Notes: a model not told the origin generated them from the sequence alone. A DNA stretch of 64,000 nt from Eledone cirrhosa (GCA_964016885.1 OZ024743.1:300452001-300516000); one strand, 5' to 3'. Shown: positions 38,401-51,534, numbered from the stretch's first letter. Translations and numbers: made by a program.

Positions 38401-38745
38401 TGGTGGTTTGCTCTGAAAAGAACGATTAGAATAGGGTCCATTAGGTTTAGTAAGGCGTCAGCAATCTAGAAAAATAGAGCAGATGGAGAACTAGTTAGAA
38501 AATTAGACGAGTCGCTTAGTAAAGTCATCGCGACCGATGTGCGAAATTGGCCCTCGACCAATTGTTCAATGCAAAGCACGACGGCTGCGTTGTCAGAGCT
38601 AGGGTGTGTGCTCTCGGACGAAAGCCGTTCAATTAGCCTGAGTGTCGAAGCCGCGTCGTGGCAAGAAATCCATGATCCGGTCTTTGGTGGACCACGACGG
38701 GCGCATTCTACTCGATCCCGGGCAAATGTGCGAAGCTTTTCGGCA
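35425..38745 (+). mobile_element. Second Tx1-like copy (5' UTR, ORF1, APE), 3'-truncated
   Basis: Paralogous to 29736-32920. ORF2 ATG at 37551; GDWNGIFD and GPGYWKLNASL; breaks off at gaagcttttc ~38740. Confidence 0.9.
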
Positions 38746-38869
38746 GACGGGGAGAGTAGTGAGTATTGATAAGTACCAAAAAAGTACGAAACAGCGCTGT
38801 AAACGTATCTGCCCGTGTCTGCCGAAAATTTAAGAAAGCGACATTGTCGCTACTTTAAAACAATAGCGT

Positions 38870-40760
38870 ATGGTCTTCAAAGTGCTTTTAATTAAGCATA
38901 GAGTATATTGCAAAAGACCCGTATGCGGAGCTAATATAGCTAGTAACTACAGGATCTCCTACTTCCTCTCAATGGTTATACACCCCATAATCAAGATGTC
39001 CCCAGATGTATGTGACAGTACAGAGGACCTCCTCAGCAGAATCAGTGAGTGCAACAAAAACAGGAACCTGTCCAACTGCATAATAGGCATCATGGATGTG
39101 GTGTCACTGTACCCATCCATTAACATTAATTTTGCTGTGAAAAGATGTGTGGAGATAATCATTGAGAGTGAGGTGGAGTTCTGCGACGTCGACACAGACG
39201 AACTGGGCCTCCTACTTAGACTTACGTACGATACTGACTACCTAGACAGCCATGACCTTAGACGTTTCTGCCCTAGTAGACCTATAAGAGGTAGACCCCC
39301 CCCCCACCATAACCTCAATGGCAAAAGAAACTCCCATGGGAAGGTGGATTGGGTGGACCAACGCTATACGGACCCCCAAACCAATGATCAGGTAAGAAAA
39401 TTGGTCGCACATGCAACAGGGGCTAGTATCAAAACTACCCTAAAGGGCCACATATTTAAATTCAACGAGAAAATCTACACCCCAAATGAGGGAGCAGCCA
39501 TCGGCGTCAGCATAGCTGGTGATGTTGCCAACCTTTTCATGGTATGGTGGGAAAGAAGACTTAAAGATATCCTTAATGAGAGCTCCATAGACCTCATCAT
39601 GTACTCTCGTTATGTAGACGATATCAATATAGTTATAAGAACACCCCCAGTAGAGAGCAGTAACAAGTTTGATTTAGAACGTAGCACGATGGAAAGCATC
39701 CAGCAGATAGCTAATTCCATACACCAGAGTATAACTGTAACTATCGACTTCCCTTCCAAACACCCTAACAATAGACTAACTGTATTAGACACGGAACTCT
39801 GGATTAACACTATAGACGAGAGAGCTCAAATTCTCCACTCACACTATGCTAAACCCATGGCCTCCAAATACCTGATACTCAAAAACTCAGCAATGTCCAG
39901 TAGTGCTAAGTTTAATATTCTGATCGCAGATTTGGTACGAGTGATGAAGAATGTGTCCCGCATGTGCGACCCAACAGAAATGGAAAGACACATCCAACAC
40001 TTCATCAACCGCATGCAGTTCTCTGGCTACAACCAAAGAGACATAGTCAGAGTATACGAAGGAGCCATGGAGAAGTATAAGACCCTCATAGAACTGGACA
40101 TGAAAGGAATTTGCCCATTATACAGGAGCAAATCATGGAATAGCTTAGATAGGGCTAGACATAAGATAGGGAAAGCCACCTCATGGTACGACAACCAGAG
40201 ATACCAGAGTGTCATGTTTGTGGACGCTACCCCTGGAGGAAAATTAGTTAACCAGTGTAGAAAGGCCCTGAGAAAGACCCACTTAAATATTAAGGTCGTA
40301 GAAAAGCCAGGAACCACCATACAATCGCTGATCAGCAAAACCTACCTTTTTAAGAAAACCCACTGTACCAATAGGAAATGTTTCATATGTAAGGTTAACC
40401 CCCGGATAAACTGTAAAACTAGAAACGTAGTCTATAGCATAAGATGTACAGAGGGTACTTACAGAAACATGACAACAACATACATAGGTGAGACAGCTCG
40501 TAGCATAGGTGAAAGGATAGACCAACACTGGGTGGAACTAAAAGGACGAAAAAACGGGTCAGTACTATAAGAACATGCTAGACAACAACATGACGGTAAC
40601 ATAGACAACATAGAAATTAGAATAATATCTAAACATAGAAATGACCCAACAGATAGGCAAATCAGAGAGGCCAGTGAAATAGAAATTAGAAGACCAAGAC
40701 TAAACAGAAAGAATGAATGGAATAACAACAACACCCAAATAAACAACACTGACCTAAGAG
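38870..40760 (+). pseudogene. Penelope-like RT + Cys-rich linker + GIY-YIG ORF; 5'-truncated, one in-frame stop
   Basis: RPVCGAN, MDVVSLYPSI, GAAIGVSIAGDVANLFM, YSRYVDD, CTNRKCFIC, VVYSIRC...YIGETARSIGERI. The TAA at 40568-40570 is followed in frame by EHARQQHDG...RPRLNRKNEW. Confidence 0.9.
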
Positions 40761-41011
40761 AAGTATAAATAAGTAAATAAAATAAAATAAATAAATAAAT
40801 AAATAAATGCATACACAAGCACAATAACAACAAGCAAATAAACACACACTAGTCACCCATCACACAGCAAACAAAACACTATACACATACGCAAACGCAT
40901 GCGCAAAGAATACAAAATAAAATAAACAAACAAGCAAATAAATAAATAAATATATAGACAGACTGAATAAAAATGACGTAGACATACAATACAACAGGAG
41001 GAAAAGTTAGC

Positions 41012-41053
41012 ACCACTGACGATGTTGCAGATGTGCAACGAAAGATTTATGAT
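41012..41053 (+). ncRNA. Minimal type I hammerhead motif in PLE 3' UTR
   Basis: ACCA CTGACGA T GTTGCA-GATG-TGCAAC GAAA GATT TA TGAT; perfect 6-bp stem II. Confidence 0.65.
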
Positions 41054-41318
41054 AAACTATATATATATGTGTTTGTGTCTATATTGTATGTGTATTATTT
41101 TTGAACGTCGGTCAGTCAATGGCAACGTTGAGGACCGAGTAAGTTAGATTACCGATATAAAAGACACAGAAGCGAGAAGCGAAAACCAACCAAACAGTGA
41201 GTGTGTTCTGTTAATAATTCTGGCAATATTACACAAATATAACCGTCCTCAAGTATAACGATATTTGTTTCGACATACGATTTCATATAAAAAACCTGTC
41301 AAAACTAATTCATCGCCG

Positions 41319-41360
<42 letters not shown>

Positions 41361-41633
41361 ACATATGGAGAAAAATACTGCAGGTAGCGCATGGATAACA
41401 TGTAATAAAATGAGTCACTCATCAGTGATTTGCCGACGATCATAGATATTTCATTGCATTAAAAATCATATACCTCACGTCGGTGCAGTAATAACTAAAA
41501 TAAGTTATTAGGACAATTAAAACGCGTAAAGCGAGTGAGACAGGAGAACGACAAAGAGTATAGCTAACCGTAGGGGAATGAAACAAGCTTCATAATTATT
41601 CTGTTTAGCATAAGCTAGGTGAATGTATGAGCG

Positions 41634-41695
<62 letters not shown>

Positions 41696-41698
<3 letters not shown>

Positions 41699-41793
41699 AG
41701 TATGTATGTATACGTACATACATATATGTATACATTTAAGTAAGTGCCGTACTAAGAGTGAGAAATGAAATTTCGTTTCATTCTATTCCATTC

Positions 41794-41795
<2 letters not shown>
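41696..41795 (+). repeat. Fragment of the ~430-bp hammerhead repeat family (no HHR part)
   Basis: ccgtactaagagtgagaaatgaaatttcgtttc matches 4023-4055 and 10334-10368. Confidence 0.75.
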
Positions 41796-41870
<75 letters not shown>

Positions 41871-41873
41871 ATA

Positions 41874-42043
41874 TATAATAAAGAACACAGTATAATTACC
41901 TCATTACCCGAGGTTTCCCGAACAGGACGAACACAAGGGACATCCCCATTCGTTCGTTAGATAAGGCAATATCATTGCCTTATCTGACGAACGAATAGGT
42001 AATTATACGAACGAATAGGTAATTATAATGTGTTGTTTATTAT
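41874..42043. mobile_element. MITE (~170 bp) with ~25-bp TIRs and an internal hairpin
   Basis: taataaagaacacagtataattacc / ggtaattataatgtgttgtttatta; internal near-perfect palindrome 41948-41996; TA flanks. Confidence 0.7.
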
Positions 42044-42120
42044 ACATTACATATTTAGCTCTGTTAGTTACATAGAGCACTCTTCATTCCTTTTAATTCT
42101 TCCACGGAAATTTCAGCACT

Positions 42121-42157
<37 letters not shown>

Positions 42158-42163
42158 CATACA

Positions 42164-42212
<49 letters not shown>

Positions 42213-42307
42213 TTTTATACATTCTCTGTTTTAGTTTTTGTTGTGAAAAACGAAAGGAAAAGATACGTTGTATCACACCCTACTGAGATTGTGATATGTG
42301 TAAATAC

Positions 42308-42462
<155 letters not shown>

Positions 42463-42466
42463 ATTG

Positions 42467-42578
<112 letters not shown>

Positions 42579-42901
42579 ATTGAAGCCTTAGAACTATTAG
42601 GTATTCGCATTTCCAATGTAAGCAATTAACACTGGTTTTCTTTATCTGTCATTTGTCTAAAAGAAAATTGAAATAACGTTTCGATATCATATCTACCTTT
42701 GCTAAAACACGCACCGAAGCTATCAATTTCATCTTGTTGATGGCATGATGAAACATTAAAAAAATATTGATTTGCCATGCTATTTTCATTTTTCTATTAT
42801 GTTATATGATTTGCGTTTTAGATATTATTGTTTATATCCAAAATTAGTGTCTCCTGATACATACATACATGTAGATGTAATTTTATATAAACAAAACTAT
42901 T

Positions 42902-42982
<81 letters not shown>

Positions 42983-43041
42983 TTCGTTTCTGAATTTTGT
43001 TTAGCAAGATTCTTATTGGCAACATGACCCTCCCAAAGTAT

Positions 43042-43100
<59 letters not shown>

Positions 43101-43329
43101 ACTAACCAACACATACTCAAATGCTTGTATATATATATATGCGTGTGTGTGTGTGTGCGTGCGTGTGTGTGTAGTGTATATGGTGGTGAGTGGGTGCCTG
43201 TCTGAATATTTGCGAGTATCCAGATGATAAAGTGGTGTGGCAGCGTGCCTTTTCTGCTTAAATCTGTCAGTGTTTCGGCTCAGCTTAATTAATGTCGTAC
43301 TGTTATCGTCTTTATAGTTTTCTGCTGTA

Positions 43330-43700
43330 GTGCTGAGTTCCAATCACACTGTTGTTAGCTTTGCCTTTCTTCTTTATGGCACCGATGAAATAAATACCGG
43401 TAACGCATTGGATTCGATTTAATAATTTTTTCGCTACCTCCAAATTATTGGCATTATGCGTAAATCACAAACTTTTATTAAGTGTAGTAGACCTACATTA
43501 TCGGAAGAGCTTAGGAAGAAATTTGTTGTGGAATATATAACATATCTTAGTTGTCAGTTCAAATCTCGGTGTTGTCAAGTTTTGTTTTCATCATTACGGG
43601 GTCGATGAAATAAAGTACCAGTAACGCACTGGTGTCGGATTGATAGAGTTGACTTTCCGCAAAATTGTTGCCCTTATACCTAAATCAGAACCGATTATTA
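43330..43700 (+). mobile_element. Two degenerate SINE copies
   Basis: gagttccaatc...ctttgcctttt...gatgaaataaataccggt and agttcaaatc...acggggtcgatgaaataaagtaccagt. Confidence 0.7.
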
Positions 43701-43719
43701 CCATTATTTCACCATATAG

Positions 43720-45910
43720 GACTACCTCACGCTGTTATGGTGTGTTTTGAAAACGTTGTTTTACATTTGTCGATAATTATCACATAGTTTATTATAATTG
43801 TTTGCATAAACAAGTGATCTATCCGTTGAAGAAAACAATGTTACCTACAATCACCGTGGAATGGGATAGAACACCGGTTCCCTATTGGAATGTATTACAG
43901 TTTGAAAACAAATACAAGGTTAGCTCAATTACTGACAACGCAGATGAGTCAGCAGTTTCAGTAGCTATTCGTCAAACTATTGTTGTTGCAATTACTAGCA
44001 ATCAATAAAGGCATTCATTGTGAAATCATTCCCAGAGAATGATTCAGCAGTTTTGTTGCAATGGATAAAGTTAGTCGTAACGCTAGTTACTACAAACACG
44101 ATAAAAGCAACAGCGACAACCAAAACAAAAGAAAACACCAATGACAATGGTGTAAAAGAGAAGGGCACCAAGAAAACCAACATATTTGCAGTTTAAAAGA
44201 AGTTTCCCTTATTTGAACAGCAAATATCAGTAGCACCTACGACAGCACTAACAAAACAAAAAGGTAGACAACAACAACAACACTACCACCACAACGAATG
44301 CCAGTGAAACAAAAACAGATACAGCGACGCAGGGAAGGCAGTGACAAACAGGAAGGTGGATTTAACCACTTTTAGAGAAGCGAAGTGTCTGATGAAGAAA
44401 AACGTTAGGGTTGTCCAGCTAACAATATCGGAAGATATCATTTTGGATGTACAGAAATGTACGACCAGCTACAAATTTATAAACCTCCGAAATAAAGGCG
44501 CAACGCCTCCCTTTATTTTGGGAATCTCAATGGGTCTAGAGAGGGAGGGAATACGAGATAATAGACGTAGATTCCCGTCGGAATTCGAAACGAGGGATCA
44601 ATCGATCAATCTGTGAGGAATTCATATTTATCCTAACATATATGGGAAAATAAGTAAGATAAAAGTCACTTGAAATAAAGATCTTCTGGCAAGTAGTAGC
44701 ACTCACGCCGAAAAAGAGTATAACTAAACACCCATCTAAGACTGTTTTGTCTCAAACAACGAATAAAAAAAACAACAACAAAAAAACCCTGCAGTTTAAT
44801 CAGTACCATATCCGTAGCAACATGACCAAGAATAGGAAAAACATCTACCACAAAAAACAACTACAACAGCAGGAAATAGAGGCAGCAGAAGAAGAGGCGA
44901 CAGACACGGTAAAAACTGAAGTAACAGCACGTCTTCAAAATCAGAAAATCCCACGACAACAAAGGTAGGTTGGTCTAAGACACCCCTCTCAACTAAACGC
45001 AAATAGTGACACACACATACACACACACACACACTGACAAAGCTATCCACCCCACTCCGATATTTCAGACCTCTCTGAAACAAACATTTTTCGTGTGATG
45101 AAGATGAGTGAAGAAAACCAAAACATGATATCTTCGCAAGTGAAAATATGAAACTAGCGAAGAACTCCCCTAGAATGAAGGCCGAACATTTCCAAGGGAC
45201 GTCAAATCTCCCTTAACAAATCCCACACCTACCAGGCCACCATAGTAAAAGTCACAACAGCAAAAGCAAGAACCACTAAAAATACAATTCTAAAAGAAAT
45301 ATCGAAAACAAATACAGGTACAATATTCAAGCACAGAAGCTATACCGTTCTAACTCAACTTTCCTCTTTTCAGGAAGAACAAGAATGAACTGATGGAAAA
45401 GTAGATAAAAAATAACAACATGCACACAAAAGGAGAGGGGTCCGACAAACTCTTGCCGAAAGCAACTCCAGACAGAAAACTGATATAGACAGACACATAC
45501 CAAGCACTAAATACCCAGCTTCCTGCATTCATTAGACCTTTCAATCTAAACCCAAGAAAAAGTACGTTACAAAAAGATGATGGGTACCAGGATGAAGCAA
45601 ACATCACAGAATCAAAGCTGTCTGATTACTCCCCTTGATTCCGTCTAACTGGCATATCTAAAGTCAGAGTGGTAAGTATAACTGTGCGTGCTCTAGGATC
45701 CGCTTGGAAGCAAGGTCACTTGCTCAATGAGCTGACGTCAATAGACATAGATGTGGTATCCGCCAGCTAAGAAAGTAAGTCGGGACCGCGTGCTTTCGAA
45801 CACAATTTTGACAAGGAGGTTTATGTATTTTTTTTCTTGTCGGGATTAGCTGGTTGTTTAGTGGTGCTGTTCGGGAAAGGAATTTTTGTAGAATTAATTG
45901 GCCAACCGAA
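43720..45910 (+). mobile_element. Older decayed Tx1-like copy (ORF1 region and APE start)
   Basis: gtgcgtgctctaggatccgcttggaagcaaggtcacttgctcaatgagctgacgtcaatagacatagatgtggt (45684-45757) aligns with the ORF2 start at 31758-31832. Upstream A/C-rich ORF1-like sequence. Confidence 0.6.
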
Positions 45911-46780
45911 ATTTTCCACGTAAAGCCACGCAACCTCTGGGTCAGATTTCCCTTTATTTGGTGTCTGTATAGCATCCCAGACCTTATTCGCATGTTCTAT
46001 GCTTCTTAATATATCTGGGATTGTAACTTGCCGCATTGTATGTCATCACACATCTGACAATAATGCCAAGGATTATTTTTATTTCTACATTCAGAGGGAA
46101 ATTGGCCTGAATTCGGCAAGTGTTGAACATTTTGCTCATTGGGAATGTGAAAGCCTTGTGCCCTTCAGCAGCGAATAAATAATCACATACCCCTTCTAAG
46201 ATCTTCGACGAATGTGCCACAATCTTTTGGAGAGAGTAAAGTCGTTCTTCATGATTTTGTATGATACTGGCTTAGGACAAACTTTGATCATGCATTTTGT
46301 ATGAATTCTTAAATTTCCATCTATTGTATGTCGATGCACTGGATATTTCAGGGTTTATCATTATACAATTTGCCCATGTCTTTATCCAGCTCCTTAGGTC
46401 ATTATTTATTCTCTCATGGACAAAGCCCATTCGCATACTTATAAGATTCACAACAAAATTCCTCGGGCATTGTCACTTGATCATGCACCTATCCATTCAT
46501 ATCAGTTAGAGACACCTCTTAACCTCATCGTGTAACTACATTTACAAACGTAGATTGTCTTATTCATGTTCATAATACCTTACACGTATGTACTCCTCAT
46601 AACTTTTTCTCTAAGTGAACCTTTCTAGCTTTCATTTCATTCACACACAGTACCAAATATGGTCGACTTGGCAATCATCTGAAGATCTTCTTTCTACCAA
46701 CATCAGTTCCTTTTCCGCTTCAGCATTGCTATTTCGAACTCATTATCAGTTGACAGTTCAAATGATTTACATACACCCCC

Positions 46781-46826
<46 letters not shown>

Positions 46827-47462
46827 TATCATAAACGAGTGAACCAACCCAATATTACGCTATAAATGTTGTGTAAGGTATAACATTTAATTAAATGTAT
46901 TTAATATATTATTAATATATCATTTCGATAAAAATTATATGAAAAAAGAAAGTAGTAGACAGACAGCCACGGTATCATGTTCCGGGGGAAGGTTTCAGAA
47001 TAATATATTATGTGTGTCTCTTTGAGGTTACATTTTTCTCGATAAATCAAAGGAAATTCGTTTAAAGTTGTTCATTCCTCATTCATATTCATTATGCTAT
47101 TATACTTTACGTGTTTCTCAGTATATTTTTTCCTCGCGTAATTTCATTGGTTTATCGACTTATTTTCTTCACGGTCTTCATTAGGTTTGTTGTTGTTGTT
47201 TCTCTTTGTATTTAAAAATATTTAAATTAGTGCACAGTGTGCGTTTAGGGAAAATATTGTAAATCAGACACAAGTACACAAAATGAAAATAATACAGCAT
47301 CATGTATACATAATGATGACACACACGCACACATACATACGTTTATATATATATATATATATGTCTATATACATATATATATATATAGAGAGAGAGAGAG
47401 ACAGAGAGAGAGAATAAGGAAAAGCGAAGTAGTTTCTGATGTTCAAGTCCTTTAATAATAAT

Positions 47463-47651
47463 TGTTTCTACTTTAGGCACAAGGCCAGCAATTACCCAGT
47501 GCATTACTGGTACTTTATTTTATCGACCCCGTAAGGATGAAAGGCAAAGTTAACCTTTGCGGGATTTGAACTCAGATCGTAAGGGGACGTAACTATGCTG
47601 GAAAGCATGGCGTCCGACTCTCTACCGATACTGCCAATCCACCGCACTAAA
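47463..47651 (-). mobile_element. SINE inserted in the left terminal repeat with an ~18-bp TSD
   Basis: aagtcctttaataataat at 47445-47462 and 47652-47669. The empty site is visible in the right repeat (~48956-48976). Confidence 0.9.
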
Positions 47652-47669
47652 AAGTCCTTTAATAATAAT

Positions 47670-47743
47670 GCTGTGATATATATTTCAATTGTGACAGTGG
47701 CCACACTGTTCCGTGCGCCAGTGCCGCGACATCGTCAGACAGC
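47670..47743 (-). ncRNA. Type I hammerhead with extended stem II (intact core)
   Basis: Minus strand GCTGT CTGACGA [tgtcgcggcactggcgcac-ggaaca-gtgtggccactgtcacaatt] GAAA TATATA TC ACAGC; perfect 5-bp stem I. Confidence 0.7.
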
Positions 47744-48976
47744 TTGTTACATAATATGGTTATGTTTCCGAGGCAATCCAAATTGAATCGACATGGCAAC
47801 GGACGGTTCTTCATCCTTGTGAGTACGAATTCATCCCCACCAGTCTGCGCAGGCGCAGGTCCGAAGGAAGTTGACCATTAGCTACCACAGAGTTCAACGA
47901 AATTCGCCTAGGCAGTGGCCTCTCTTAACCAAACTATGACCTATTCAGGCCTCTAATATATAGCTTACTGCAGGTCACCCCGTCAGTGGCAATCAGCCGA
48001 AAGCCAGTGGGGTTGGGAGAGTATGAGTATCAATAGGTCTCAATACCACCCCACATTAAGCATGGACCGTATCATTGACCATTAGCCTCTAAGATAAAAT
48101 ATACTTAATTCTAGCTATTATGGTTTCAGAGTGGAAATTATGAATGAAAGTTGGAAATTAAACTAAAAATTAAAAATCGAAAATCAGAAATCAGATATTA
48201 AAAATTAAAAATTAAAAAAATTTCCAACTGAGAATCTAGATTGAAGAGAGTAAAAAAATATACATTGAAGTGAGTAAACAAAAATGTGCACCTATACTAT
48301 CTACTACGTAGGGAGGTGTTTAAGTAAGAAGTTTTGAAAGGCGTATTAATGTTACATATATATTATCTACATACTGAACGAGAGTACCGTACAGTTAAAC
48401 TGACGGTAAATTACAGTATGAAAAGTAGTAGTTAGGCGGGTACATAGAATTTTCATCACATGGAACAAACCCCCCAAAAACCACAGATATCAAATTCACA
48501 AACGAAAAAAACACACAAAAAATATCCAATAAATACAAAAAATAAAAAAAGTATATATGCAAAATGAGATAGGAGACACTTGATTAATATGATTGTCAAT
48601 TTGTCAATATATATATTGAATTGAGGGGGCTTCTGTTCAAATGCAATTTAGTGCAGGAAAATAGGGGTTTATAGTTGTTTTTGTTTCCGCCTATTTATCC
48701 TGCCGAAAGTTATTTTTATGTCCGTCCAGTATCAGGGATTTAAATCCCCATGGTGGAGTGGATTTCCGGGTGTAGCTGGTGGTTGGTCCTCTCTTCTCCA
48801 CTATATCGGTTACATCATAGAGCGTTCAACTATTTGGAGCTAAATTGTTAAGGTAAACATTGATGCAATTGAAATCAAGCACCCAACGTACTTATTCCAC
48901 ATAGGAGTGACGGAGTAAATATCGAATGAGAAAAGCGAAGTAGTTTCAGATGTACAAGTTCTTTAATAATAATAAT

Positions 48977-49050
48977 GCCCTGATATATATTTCAATGGTG
49001 ACAGTGACCACACTGTTCCGCGCGCCAGTGCCGCGACATCGTCAGCTAGC
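48977..49050 (-). ncRNA. Second copy of the same hammerhead (stem I degraded)
   Basis: Minus strand GCTAG CTGACGA ... GAAA TATATA TC AGGGC. Confidence 0.55.
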
Positions 49051-49099
49051 TTGTTACACAATAAGGTTATGTTTCCGAGGCAATCCAAACTGACTCGAC

Positions 49100-49132
<33 letters not shown>

Positions 49133-50085
49133 ACAAAGGAATTGTGGTAAGGAACCAGATGGACTATAACGCACCGGAGTACTCAATATTTAGGGTAGCA
49201 GGGTGGGAAATAGGAAAAAGTATGAACCCGACGGCTATTTCTGGACTGAAATAGCCGTCGAAACGGCTTGATCTCTGCCGTCAGGGTCAAATCTTTTCCT
49301 ATATATATATATATATATAAATATAAGCAAAGGGATATTTAATTTGTTGGTAATTCAACAAATATATATATTTATAACAGATTCGAAGCAATCGACAGCT
49401 CTTTATTAATGATATTAATAAATGGAAACTATATTTATTAAACAATATTTATTCTACTATATATATAGTTCAAGGGTACCAAAACTTTAGTACGCCCACA
49501 TCAGATAAAATACAAAGTTTGTTTCATAAATATTGACATATTCAGGAATGAGACCTTAACGGTTCAAGTTTTACGTTAACGGTTCAAGTTTTACCCTAAC
49601 ACTAACCCTATCCAGGAAAACCGATTAACGATAGAACGGAGGTAACTATTAGCTGTCAACATCGAAGGGCTAATTCCTTCGCCAATAGAATATTTGACCC
49701 AACATAGTCATCTAGCCACATTTTTACTTGTAGCTAATAAGTTAAATAGCTATAACTAACTTAGATAATTATAAGTTACCTCTCCTACATTGTCTATCAA
49801 TTAAACAATTTAAAAATTAGCACTTAACTATAAACTACCCTCAATTTCTAATCTCTCGAGGAGTTACTTCCCCTGAAACCACCCTTTAATTAGGAAGGTA
49901 TATATGTCCTTTGGCAGCCATCTTGTTACCCATAGGCAGATCTCACACAATGCAGCCTCGACAGATGAATACTGCTTGATTATGGCTGACAACTGATACA
50001 ACCAGGACATCATAGTGAAATACCAATATATGGAACATTACATTATGTAACATTCTCTCCTTATTTTAATTTATATTCCTTTGAA

Positions 50086-50204
50086 GTTCCGATGAGCCGC
50101 TTTGTTTTTAAATATGTTAATTATTTTCAACTGAACCAGATCAATAATGATATATAGTCATCTGATCCAGAAATATAATTTAGAGTAAGGAAACAATTGT
50201 AAAC
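50086..50204 (+). ncRNA. Hammerhead-like motif with CCGA core and long stem II
   Basis: GTT CCGATGA [~95-nt imperfect hairpin] GAAA CAATTG TA AAC. Confidence 0.45.
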
Positions 50205-50561
50205 GGACATTATTATTATTAATATTATTATTATTCTCTACATTTCTTACATCAAACTAAAATATGTTGACAATCTTTTAATAATGTCTTCCTTGTGAAA
50301 TTTGTGGTCTTGTTTTGCTTAACTAATGAATATTTCCATCTCTGCGCTCCTAACTTCTTCATGAAGCCAGCCACCTAGCTGCTTTCTACTGCATATTGCA
50401 CATTGAGCACATGCCTTTACGCTTTGGCTTCTAACTAATTCACCAATCTCTCCTCTCCCATCTCCTCTCCCATCTCCATCTCTCTCTTTAAGATTGGTTA
50501 GTCTTGACCTGTGTGTATATATATATATATATATATTGTATCAGTTGTCAGCCATAATCAA

Positions 50562-51410
50562 ACGTAGTCTATAGCATAAGATGTACAGAGAGTACTTGCA
50601 GAAACGTGACAACAACGTACATAGGCGAGACAGCTCGTAGCATATGTGAAAGGATAGACCAACACTGTGGGGAACTAAAAGGAGGAAAAACGGTTCAGTA
50701 CTATACAAATATGCAAGATAACACGACGCTAACATAGACAACATAGAAATTAGAATAATATCTAAACATAGAAATGACCAAGGCGATAGGTAAATCAGAG
50801 AGGCCAGCGAAATAGAACTTAGAAGGCCAAGGCTAAACAGAAACAATGAATGGAATAACAACAACACCCAAACAAACAATACTGATCTAAGAGAAGTATT
50901 AATAAATAAATAAATACATACTCAAGCACAATAACATCAAACACATATAAACGCACCCTAGTAAACTAAGATAGAATACAATAACCAATACACAGTCACC
51001 CAAACACGAGCACACATCAAACACTATACACACACGCAAACGCTTACGCAGAGAAGACAAAACATAAATTAACAGACTAAATAAAGATGGCGTAGGCATA
51101 CAATACAACATGAAGAAACATAATAGCACCACTGACGATGTTGCAGATGTGCCACGAAATAACTTTTTTAGTCTATATCTATGTGTTTGTGTCTATATTA
51201 TATCTGTATGTTTGACCATTGGTCAGTCAATGGTAACATTGAGGACCGAATAAATTAAATTAACCGATATAGAAGACACTGAAGTGAAAACCAACCAAAG
51301 AGTGAGTGTGTTCTGTTATTAATTCTGGCAATGTTATTACAAAAATATGACCTTCCCCAAGTAAGCAATATTTGTTTCGACACACGATTTCACATAAAAA
51401 ACCTCGCAAA
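50562..51410 (+). mobile_element. Penelope-like 3' fragment (GIY-YIG + 3' UTR; degraded HHR at 51128-51165)
   Basis: Homologous to 40424-41305. Confidence 0.9.
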
Positions 51411-51444
51411 ACTAGTATATATATATACATATATATATATGTAT

Positions 51445-51522
<78 letters not shown>

Positions 51523-51534
51523 GTATATAAATAT

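Larger units (their letters stand above)
38870..41320 (+). mobile_element. Penelope-like element including 3' UTR/pseudo-LTR
   Basis: ORF above plus a ~550-bp 3' region shared with 2483-3200, 50562-51410, 62125-62415 and 63560-63850. Ends at (TA)n. Confidence 0.85.
47416..49100 (-). mobile_element. Non-coding element with ~175-bp direct terminal repeats, each carrying a hammerhead
   Basis: 48927-49100 repeats 47416-47793 once the SINE is removed. Flanked by (GA)n and (TA)n. No recognisable internal ORF. Confidence 0.75.

Noticed and set aside
45980-46700. Possible transposase relic on the minus strand
   Set aside because: No DDE or other motif identifiable.
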